Source: Macrostomum lignano
Lineage: Eukaryota
Length of the DNA: 59,727 nucleotides
Assembly: GCA_002269645.1 (NCBI GenBank)
Contig: NIVC01002303.1
Span: 1 to 59,727, forward strand
Direction of reading: 5' to 3'
The position numbers and the translations under genes were made by a program. Position 1 is the stretch's first letter. The number at the start of each line of letters is the position of its first letter. The notes under the pieces are model-generated. The model did not search any database. It had not been told where the DNA came from and worked only from the letters and a program-made list of their open reading frames with translations. Shown here in pieces: positions 51,442 to 59,727 of this stretch.

Positions 51442-53470
51442 TCAGCAGTGGCGCCCAATCAACCGTATTAGGCCTAGGCGACAGCGGCGACGACGCCGCG
51501 GATGTGTATCGAAGCTCGGCGTCAGCTCTCGGCAGTTCAGCGTCTCTACCGACTCCCAGCTGGCGGCAGCGACAACGGCAGCGGCTGTCTCCCCGTTAGA
51601 TGTCACCAGCTGGCAGCCAGCATCGCTCGGTGGCATCCCGGTGAAGAAGCCCTCTTCGCTGCGGCAGTCCGCGCAGTCTCCGTTGTTGACACCGGAGTCG
51701 TCGTCAGCAACTGGATCAAATTGTTGCGAGTCTGCGTTGTCGCCGACGCTCACGGCGGAGTCATGCGTCGATCCAGAGTTGCCAGATTGGACCGGCGCGC
51801 TTGAATCTGCTGAAAAGGGGAGTAGGGGGCGGCGTTGCTACTCATCACCCCATGAGTTAGTTTAGCCAGCTGGCGGAGAGGCAGAAGGTGCTGGCCAGGC
51901 TTCTGTTCGACGGTTGACCCGCTGCCATCAGATTTTTGAGCACAACACGGATACGGGTGCAGTCTTGGGGTCAAGAGAAGTCGTTGTCCTAAGAGACATA
52001 ATGAGAGCCGCTGATCGCACGGCCGACATGCAAAACTAAAGTAGACTAGGACGCCACACTTGACAGACGCCTGGTGCCATCTGTTGAAGGTGCCGACGGC
52101 GTCGGGGGAGGATGTTTGAGAGACTAGCTGAGGATGTCCAGCAGTTGAGGTTTTCCCACTGTCGAGGCTTGATCAGCAAAACTGGAGAAACTCGCAACAG
52201 GGAGGCCACATTCACCTGGTGCCACCTGTCGAAGGTCCAAAAGCTCCACCTGGGTGAAGACCAGTGCCCAACGAAATCAGAGCTGATGCAGACACTGACG
52301 CCATTAGTAGTGGCAAAGTCGGTAAAACGAACGCCCCAGCACTCACCGAGGTCGTCAGGACGCAATGCAGTGACCAGAACCAGCTGACCAAAGTGGCTGA
52401 AGGGCTGATAGCAGGTGAGAATTTGATTAAATTGCTGGCATACTTGCGCCGTAGGCTCTTCTTCCGGCTCCGCAACCCAGCCACTGGTGCTGTCTTCTGC
52501 CGACCGGGCTTTCTGAACCGTCGGCATCTTCGACGAATGTCGCCGCAGCCGCCCACGCAGCTGCGGATGCCTTTGACTTGGCGAGAGACTGGGCCGATAG
52601 GAGCGAAGCTGGGAGACAGGGCGAGCTCCCAGTCTGTGCTGCCGCAGTGGCTGGGAGGCCGCTCTGGCACCTGGTTCAGATGGGGAAATGGTTGGATTGC
52701 ATCTGTCTGATGCTCATCAGGTGGGGCCGGCTCGGGAATGAGTCGGATTACCAACTGAGGTCGATGGAAAGCTTGAGGCCAATCAGACAATCTGGAAATT
52801 TATTTAGTTATATAGATAGCCCATAAATAGCTCACGATCTGGCAGGTGAGCGGCAAATGCGCCTCAGGCATGGGCGGCAGCGGCCGCAGCCTCCTTGTCC
52901 AGGCTGTCTCGGCACAAGGGTCCGCGCCCCAATCAGCGGCCACAATGACCGGCGCGCTTCGGCACGGCTGTCTTCTCTGATGAATTTGAACATTTTGCGG
53001 AGAGAAATCGATACCGTTGCCATAGCAACGCGGGCCGTCAGACCAATCCTGAGTCCGAGTGGTGCGCGAAGCCAGGAAAATCTCCCACTTAGCAACTGCG
53101 GGAAATGCCAGCGCAGGCTTGCGCTGAGGCGGCAGCGGCGGCAGCGGAGGCTCCGACCAGTCGATTGGCGACGCCCGACGGACCAGCAGCCGAGGCGCGC
53201 GGTGGGCTGGCGGCTGTGGCGGCGGCGGCGGCGCTGACGGGCTGCAAATTTTTCGCCGCACGTTGCTGCGAAGGCAACGGACGCGCGCAGCTCCAAGCCG
53301 AAGCCGCTTCGCTCCACAGTTGACAACCCCAAGAAGGTCGCCGCCTCGCCGCCAGTGCCGATGCTGTTGATGGTAGCGAAGTCGCCTCTGCCGGAGTCGC
53401 GAAGCCGTCATGCCGCGGTATCGCAGCAAGCGGCATCGGAGGCTGCCACAGTCAGCAGTGACATCTGCTG
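51442..53470 (-). pseudogene. Probable spliced gene remnant or pseudogene, unidentified (weak dynein heavy-chain AAA6-like motifs)
   Basis: GC-rich Ala/Ser-rich frames alternate with short GT...AG blocks (e.g. minus-strand GTGAGC...TTTCCAG, 44 nt; GTAATC...AACCAG, ~81 nt; GTGAGT...CATCAG, 64 nt). In-frame stops and frame changes are present. Confidence 0.35.
53016..53029. promoter_or_regulatory. Near-perfect RFX X-box palindrome
   Basis: GTTGCCATAGCAAC matches GTTRCC-N2-RGYAAC. CCAAT motifs lie nearby. No proven target gene. Confidence 0.35.
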
Positions 53471-53974
53471 CACACCTGCTCTGGATTGGCACGAATGAAG
53501 CAATGCGACAGTGCCATATTGCTGGTTAATGCGAGTTCAAATTCGTTCGGTACTCTTGGCATTGCAGCCTTTTTATTAGAGCAATGATTGCTATAAATTT
53601 GGTTTAGGCCCATAGAGACTGCAAGTGGAGAAAATGGCTGCCACTCGGTTTGTACTGATGCTATATGCTAATTTTAGCATCTAAAATTACGCTCGTAGTT
53701 TTATAAATAAACACGAGCATTTCTAGTATACATAAGGCTATTAAATTGACCGCGAAATGTTCAAATATGTAAATAAACATTATTTATGTGTTAAGAGTAA
53801 TTTTTGAATTTCTATGAATTAAATTTTACGGTCCGAGCACGAAAGAAAGCAGACGCAGTACCGACATGGTGGAGTGAAGTGCGCAAGCAAATAAAAAGCG
53901 ACCAATTGCACTACTGCACTGCGCAAACAGACAAGGCGAGCCAAGTCAACGCGAGGTTTTAAAACCAGACCACG

Positions 53975-54130
53975 GGGGTGAGTGCGCAAAGGGCAGAGAG
54001 ACAGAGAGGGAGGGAGGTGGGTGCGCACGGGCAGAGAGACGGAGAGGGGGGAGGTGGGTGCGCACGGGGCAGAGACGGAGAGGGAGGGAGGTGGGTGCAC
54101 ACGGGGCAGAGAGACGGAGAAGGAGGGAGG
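53975..54130 (+). repeat. Short purine-rich ~35-bp repeat
   Basis: GAGGTGGGTGCGCACGGGGCAGAGAGACGGAGAG-type units, ~4 copies. Confidence 0.8.
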
Positions 54131-54484
54131 TGGAAGAGGAAGAGAGTGGAAGAGGGAGAGAGAAAGTATACAAGAGGCGCGAAGTGAACAAAGCAAGGGG
54201 TAGAGCGCAAACGGGGCGCTGCCATGTACTGTATTACTGTATACTGTATTAACTACAGTAAACGTCACCCAAAAGTGGCACGCTTAAACATAGCCAAACA
54301 AAGGGTATTTATGTTGCCATATTTTACCAAAATTCACCGCTATTCCAATAAGACTGTTGAAAATAGCAATTAACTCAATAGAGGCTTACTTTGCCACATG
54401 TATTTATTTATAATAACTTAATTGCGACAACAAAATATATACATGTATTTTTGTAATATATAGATTGTATGGTCTATAGACTGA

Positions 54485-54858
54485 GGGAGTTGGAGCCGGG
54501 GGGTTGGAGCCGAGGGGATTGGAGCCGAGGGGGTTGGAGCCGAAAGGGTTCCAACAGGGTTCCAACAGGCAGACCCAAACTGCCGAGGGGGGTTGGAGCC
54601 GAGGGGGGTTGGAGCCGAGGGGGTCGGAGCCGAGGGGGTTGGAGCCGAGGGGGTTGGAGCCGATGGGGCTGGAGCCGAGGGGGTTGGAGCCGAGGGGTTG
54701 GAGCCGAGGGGGTTGGAGCCGAGGGGGGTCGGAGCCGAGGGGGTTGGAGCCGAGGGGGTTGGAGCCGAGGGGGTTGGAGCCGAGGGGGTTGGAGCCGAGG
54801 GGGTTGGAGCCGAGGGGGTTGGAGCCGAGGGGGGTCGGAGCCGATGGGGTTGGAGCCT
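54485..54858 (+). repeat. 14/15-bp G-rich minisatellite (GGGGTTGGAGCCGAG)
   Basis: Tandem units. Confidence 0.95.
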
Positions 54859-55951
54859 AGTGAGAGCGTCGGACGCACGACTGAAAGGAGAAAGGAAAGA
54901 AAAACTGCGATTCGGACCCATGAAGGCCGACCCCCAAGGCACAGAGTACGTGCATGCTATGACAAAACGAAGGTCGGGGCCGTTATACACTCAAAGACTA
55001 CTCAGGTAGGACATGAAGCTATGATTCTTTGAAAAAAAATAGGAGGCAGGTTTTACCGAAAAATTCACTACGGAGACGGGTTTACATTTTTCAGCACAAA
55101 AATTGTTATTGCTTTTGATAGGAGGCAGACCCAATGTTCATCTTTTGATATGACTTGCCTTTTCTATGCTCTATAGATATTCGTAGAGCTTTTTGTGCCG
55201 AAAAAATGAAGCCCTCTATTCTCCGTAATGTTTTTTTCGGTAAAAACTGCCTCCTAAATTTTTTCCAAGATATAAAGTTCCCCCCTTCTACTTTAGTAGT
55301 TCTCATACACACCCTGTGTGAGTGCATACCTGAGAAAGTATCTGGTAAAGCCCCATCCAATGCACTGCATTCTGCAAAAAATAATCCAGGGACTACTAAA
55401 TACTAATGAGTAGTCACTGAAATAATCCTATTTAACAAATCCGTGTTGAGAGCGAGATTGCCAGCTCTGAAATCGGTGTAAAACAAATTAAAAACTGATT
55501 AGGGCAATATTTTACTCACAGAGCTACTAGCGGTAATGTCAACCTGCCTTTCCGTCCGTCCTATTATGTAAATAAATATTACTGGGGAGGGCTGCGGGCA
55601 TTCCTAGCACAACGCACGGATACTGTACGCGGGCACAGCACTCATACACGCGCTCACACAGGGTGTACAGCAGCCCTGACTTTCTATTCATCAAGCATGT
55701 ACACTCTGTGTGCCCTGGGGGTTGGTCCTCATGAGTGTGAATCGCCCGACAACCCCAACTAGGACACATTTTCGCGCACAGACCAGCAAATGAATGTCGC
55801 AGCGCACTGAATCGAACCAGGGTACTTTGAGCCGCATGCGTTAACTGCCTGAGCTGCTCTGCCCCGCTAAAGTCCTCCTAACATCCGCAGTCCTGGCCAA
55901 ATGCTCTGCAGGTGCTGCGAATTCAACTGTCACGAGAAACCATAGGCGGCA

Positions 55952-56926
55952 TCAGGCAGACTTCCGATTCCGAACCGAAGCCACAATGGGCCTGACAATC
56001 AAGAAGGTCATAATGACGGCCACAACGACGGTGCCGGCGACCACTAGGAAGAAGTAGAAGCCGATGTCGTGATTGTAGAAGGCGCAGTCCAGCACGGAGG
56101 TCTGGAACAGGGCCCGCTTCGGGCACTCCAGGTAGTTCACCACCGGGCTGCAGCAGGCCAGCCGCTTCGGCACGCAGAGGCTGCCGCCGGTGCTCGCGGT
56201 GTCCTGGCAGTGCACGAAGTTGTCTCCGTCCGGCGCCCCGGTGCAGTTGAAAAACGGCGCCACGCTGAATGCCAGCCGAATCGGCGGCGGCGGCGCCGAC
56301 TTTGTCGCGCTCTCGTCGGCGACTGTGGCGCCCGGCTGGTGAGCGAGACGCCAGGTGAGGTGCACCAGCAGCCCGGAGGGGGCCGTGGCGTTGGCGTCCT
56401 CAGCGATCGGCGGCAGCTCTTCAAACAGCCACACGCCTTCAGCAGCTCCCGGCGCCAGGCAGCCGCGGCGTTGCCGCAGCGGCGCCGGCGGCTCCTGCGT
56501 CGAGTCGCCCTCCGACGCGGTCTCCTCCGCCTCCGCGGGGGGCGCCAATCGGATGCTGAACGCCGTCTCCAGGCAGAGATTGCGCCGCCGCCTGATCTCA
56601 TCCAGTTGGTGCGTCGACGGGCGGAACAGGCGGATGGCCAGGTAGCGAAGCCGGCCGAACAGCCCGACGACGGCAGGCGCCGGGACGAGGATGGACAAAT
56701 TGCAGGCAGTTGCCGGCAGCCAGTCGTCGAAGGTGACCAGCGGGCGGGCCACGGTGAACACGATGCTGCGCCGGCCATCGCACACGTCGGCAGCTTTCAA
56801 GTCGAGAGCGCCGGCGCCGACCAAGCAGCCTCCAGTTTGGCTGACCTTGGCGGCTGAAGAGTCAAGCAGCAGCATCAGAGGCAGCACCACCACCAGCGAA
56901 CGGTTCAGCAGCCAGGAGAGCAGCAT
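55952..56926 (-). CDS. Intronless type-I membrane protein, 324 aa (signal peptide, Cys-containing ectodomain with possible degenerate CUB plus LDLa-like module, one TM, short basic tail)
   Basis: Long GC-rich ORF. Hydrophobic N-terminus ending ...LLLDSSAA; Cys cluster FVHC...SLCVPKRLACC...NYLECP; TM IGFYFFLVVAGTVVVAVIMTFLIV followed by RPIVASVRNRKSA. A splice acceptor (CTCCAG) lies ~22 nt upstream of the ATG. Confidence 0.75.
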   Translation of the reverse strand: MLLSWLLNRSLVVVLPLMLLLDSSAAKVSQTGGCLVGAGALDLKAADVCDGRRSIVFTVARPLVTFDDWLPATACNLSILVPAPAVVGLFGRLRYLAIRLFRPSTHQLDEIRRRRNLCLETAFSIRLAPPAEAEETASEGDSTQEPPAPLRQRRGCLAPGAAEGVWLFEELPPIAEDANATAPSGLLVHLTWRLAHQPGATVADESATKSAPPPPIRLAFSVAPFFNCTGAPDGDNFVHCQDTASTGGSLCVPKRLACCSPVVNYLECPKRALFQTSVLDCAFYNHDIGFYFFLVVAGTVVVAVIMTFLIVRPIVASVRNRKSA

Positions 56927-57029
56927 AATTAGTCAATGTGGCATCTACCTGGAGAATGAGGAATTATTAACTTTGATTAGTTTACGCTCGTAAAGTGGCT
57001 GGCATCCATATCTGCTGAATCATTGATTT

Positions 57030-57230
57030 ATTCTCGACCCAACTCGGGAACAATTTGTGTCCTTGAGCAAGACACTTAAATCTGCATTGCAGTAAAAGCT
57101 GTAAAATTGGTGCCAGCATTAGCTGGGGTAATTGAGGCTGTGTGTGGAGACCCCCCAGTCCTTGGACTGAACAGCCGTACGCAGCCTTCAGATGCGCCTC
57201 GCAATAGCTGCGGCTGAGCTGTCGGTTATT
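57030..57230 (+). mobile_element. Possible SINE remnant
   Basis: Contains GTGTCCTTGAGCAAGACACTT, a hairpin-like motif I recall from metazoan tRNA-derived SINEs; the rest is not verifiable by eye. Confidence 0.3.
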
Positions 57231-57984
57231 ATATTAATCTACGCTCGTACTATTATTAAATCAAGCACCATTTCCATCATACTCACAAAAAAAGCAGATT
57301 TATAGTCGAAAGTGCAGGATTGCAATCCGGTTATTCGTAATGCAAAACAGTTTCAAGCCGACTCCAGTTTAAGTGTGCAGATTCCGACTACTTCAGAGAC
57401 TTGTAGCAGAGCCAGTGGACATTCGCCTCTGAAGTCTATTGTGCCTTCCCCTAGAGTATAATAGCTGTGCGATCGATGGCCGCTAGACCAGCTGAATCTA
57501 CAAGTGCAGAGCTGGCTGGCTATGCGGGAACACTCACTGGAGCCGCACACTTCTCTCTCGCTTGTATCCAAAACTGTACAGTCAGCCATGACCACCAGCA
57601 TTTCATTGACTGACGTGAGCATATGTGAGCTGCTTGCAACAACATTTTATTTCAGAAGATTCCCCCGGTACACAAAATTGTCGAAATTATTTAATAGAAG
57701 AAGCAGTCAATTTCAGCTGGGATTTTTCTATAATAATTTACAACCGGAAAATGGTTCGGATTTTAACAACTTCCCAAAATTTTATTTTTCACATTTCAGA
57801 TAATATTAAGCTACGAGTACTAGTACATACTACTGAAAGTAGCAAATTAGGAAACGTTTTAGACGCATTTTAGACAGGCAAAATAGTTTTGAATAGCATT
57901 AGCTCGTAAAGCACAACAAGAGACAGTTGCATAGTTGTCAAAAAGGTAAAAAATGCAGGCATCAGGAATCGGCAAAACAGCCTG

Positions 57985-58320
57985 TCATGAGTACAGGCCA
58001 GCCTTGAATCCCTCCTCCAGGCCGGAGATCTCGGAGATCAAATCCGAGATGGCGTGATTGAAGGCGTCCTGCGGCAGATAGTCTGGCACAGTCTGCACCC
58101 GGATCATGACGCGGAATTCCATCGGATGCGGCATCTTGTAGCCGGCGAAAATTACGCCGGGGTCTTTGAGCAGCTGCGTGGTGAGCAGGTTGCCCAGGGT
58201 GTGATCCTCCTTGTTGATGATGAACAGGGCCGCGTTGGGCACTTTGGTGTCGCGCTGCATCACGACTTTCTTCTGGCCTTCTTCTAGTAGGAATGACTCC
58301 CAGGGCTGGGGCGCGTTCAT
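57985..58320 (-). CDS. RPB11: DNA-directed RNA polymerase II subunit RPB11 (POLR2J orthologue-like), 111 aa, intronless CDS
   Basis: [12 protein letters not shown]...[39 protein letters not shown]...[20 protein letters not shown] matches the RPB11 consensus. The true start is the ATG at 58320, not the longer ORF start at 58392. Confidence 0.93.
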   Translation of the reverse strand: MNAPQPWESFLLEEGQKKVVMQRDTKVPNAALFIINKEDHTLGNLLTTQLLKDPGVIFAGYKMPHPMEFRVMIRVQTVPDYLPQDAFNHAISDLISEISGLEEGFKAGLYS

Positions 58321-58399
58321 TGTGTCTGTTGCATGCAATAAATACGATCCGAGGTCAATGACTGCCCATTTAGATATTGAGGCATGCTGCAACCAATCT

Positions 58400-58795
58400 G
58401 GAAAGCTGGCGACTCAGCCTGAGGATCTGGGAGTGTGGCTGCTCAGCCTGAGGATCTGGGAGTGTGGCTGCTCAGCCTGAGGATCTGGGAAGCTGGCTAC
58501 TCAGCCTGAAGATCTGGGAAGCTGGCTACTCAGCCTGAAGATCTGGAAAGCTGGCGACTCAGCCTGAGGATCTGGGAAGCTGGCTACTCAGCCTGAGGAT
58601 ATGGGAAGCTGGCTACTCAGCCTGAGGATCTGGGAAGCTGGCTACTCAGCCTGAGGATCTGGGAAGCTGGCTACTCAGCCTGAGGATCTGGAAAACTGGC
58701 TACCCAGCCTGAAGATCTGGAGTGTGGCTGCTCAGCCTGAATTGGGAAGCTGGCTACTCAGCCTGAGGATCTGGGAAGCTAGCTACTCAGCCTAA
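58400..58795 (+). repeat. 29-bp minisatellite (CTCAGCCTGAGGATCTGGGAAGCTGGCTA) upstream of RPB11
   Basis: About 13 tandem units, probably in a 5'-UTR intron or outron. Confidence 0.93.
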
Positions 58796-59379
58796 GGGTT
58801 TCTGAGCGTGGTGGCTGAGCTAGAGGTGATATGGGATATAAAAAAAAGTTTATACCAGACGTACTGCCCAATTCAACAACTGGTCCTGGGTCGTTGGACT
58901 TTGGTGGCACTGTGACAAACTAGTTACTAGTTAGATTTCTGCATTAGCTATAAAAACCAGCCCTAGCTGAATGATTTCAATAATAAAAGTATAAGAAAAA
59001 TCGATTCTTCCAATAGTAACACGTGTAGTAAATGGCAATTGCAATCTTTTAAACAACAATTTGAAAAGTAGACAGAGATAGAGTATCTTTCGATTTATTG
59101 CTAGTTATGACTGAACACGAAAATTTAATAAAGCTTGGACGAAATGGAGCCGGGCGCGAAACTTAGCAGCAGAAATTCGAATTGAAAATATGATTGACAG
59201 TATTGACTTGGACGTCTGTGTCACAGTTTGTGTATAAATCAACGGACTCTAAAAGTTCAGTCAACGGTTCCTGTCAAAGAAGGAAATACTGAAGTGTCTG
59301 CGGCGCACAATGCTGCAAGTCTATTTGCCAGGAAAAAATATGAGTAACTGGGAAATTAGAATCTGATATGGGGTGGCCC

Positions 59380-59727
59380 AGCAACTGAGCATCTGGAGGG
59401 TGTGGCCTAGTAACTGAGGATCTGGAGGGTGCCCAAAAAACTGAGCATTTGGAGGGTGGTGGCCAGCAACTGAGCATCTGGAGGGTGGTGGCCTAGTAAC
59501 TGAGGATCTGGAGGGTGGCCCAAAAAACTGAGCATTTGGGAGGGTGGTGGCCCAGCAACTGAGGATCTGGGAGGTGGTAGCAACTGAGCATCTGGGAGGG
59601 TGGTGGCCGCAGCAACTGAGGATCTGGGAGGGTGGTGGCCTAGCAACTGAGCATCTGGGAGGGTGTGGCCAGCAACTGAGCATCTGGGAGGCTGGTCCTA
59701 GCAACTGAGGATCTGGGAGGGTGGTGG
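59380..59727 (+). repeat. ~29-32-bp minisatellite (GCAACTGAGGATCTGGGAGGGTGGTGGCC), running off the window end
   Basis: Tandem units; shares the core CTGAGGATCTGGGA with the 58400-58795 array. Confidence 0.9.

Noticed and set aside
51449-51458. TGGCGCCCAA as a tRNA-Lys primer-binding site, with an upstream LTR starting TGTCAC at ~49526
   Set aside because: Only a 10-nt match, no second LTR, and no gag/pol motif downstream. The downstream DNA looks more like a minus-strand spliced gene.
55660-55710. Hammerhead ribozyme call
   Set aside because: TGATGA and GAAA are present, but stem II is absent and there is no stem III/NUH geometry. Kept only as an unclassified hairpin.
57353-57622. 89-aa minus-strand ORF between RPB11 and the membrane-protein gene
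   Set aside because: Short, with no recognisable motif or compositional support; it may be UTR or intergenic.
57985-58392. 135-aa ORF start for RPB11
   Set aside because: The conserved N-terminus MNAP begins at 58320; the extra 24 codons have no RPB11 similarity.

Overview
Eukaryotic (metazoan) DNA. The Ala-rich GC-biased coding sequence, short introns and minisatellite-filled introns resemble a free-living flatworm such as Macrostomum, but that is inference, not a taxonomic assignment. Positions 1-49.1 kb hold a head-to-tail tandem array of four paralogous 13-exon class C GPCR genes of the GABA-B-receptor lineage: signal peptide, Venus-flytrap (VFT) domain, no cysteine-rich domain, 7TM, short tail. 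Copy A is 5'-truncated by the window. B and C are complete, intact ORFs (~753 and ~749 aa). D has no recognisable exon 1. I reconstructed exon boundaries by hand from GT-AG sites and phase continuity. Three features stand out. (1) Two intronic minisatellites have a repeat unit that is the exon end plus its own 5' splice site, amplified up to ~100 times, and use of the next downstream donor gives a premature stop. (2) Copy D is a mosaic: its 7TM exons and exon 2 are ~99% or near-identical to the other copies, while VFT exons 3-8 are only ~50-60% identical in protein, and the switch points fall in or at minisatellite arrays. (3) The canonical GABA-binding residues appear to be lost, suggesting an orphan, possibly chemosensory, receptor cluster with a constant signalling module and a variable ligand-binding module. 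Also present: Tc1/mariner and BEL/Pao relics, a foldback element with a 9-bp TSD, several other satellites, a decayed spliced minus-strand gene, an intronless type-I membrane protein gene and an RPB11 gene. No rRNA, tRNA or CRISPR is supported.
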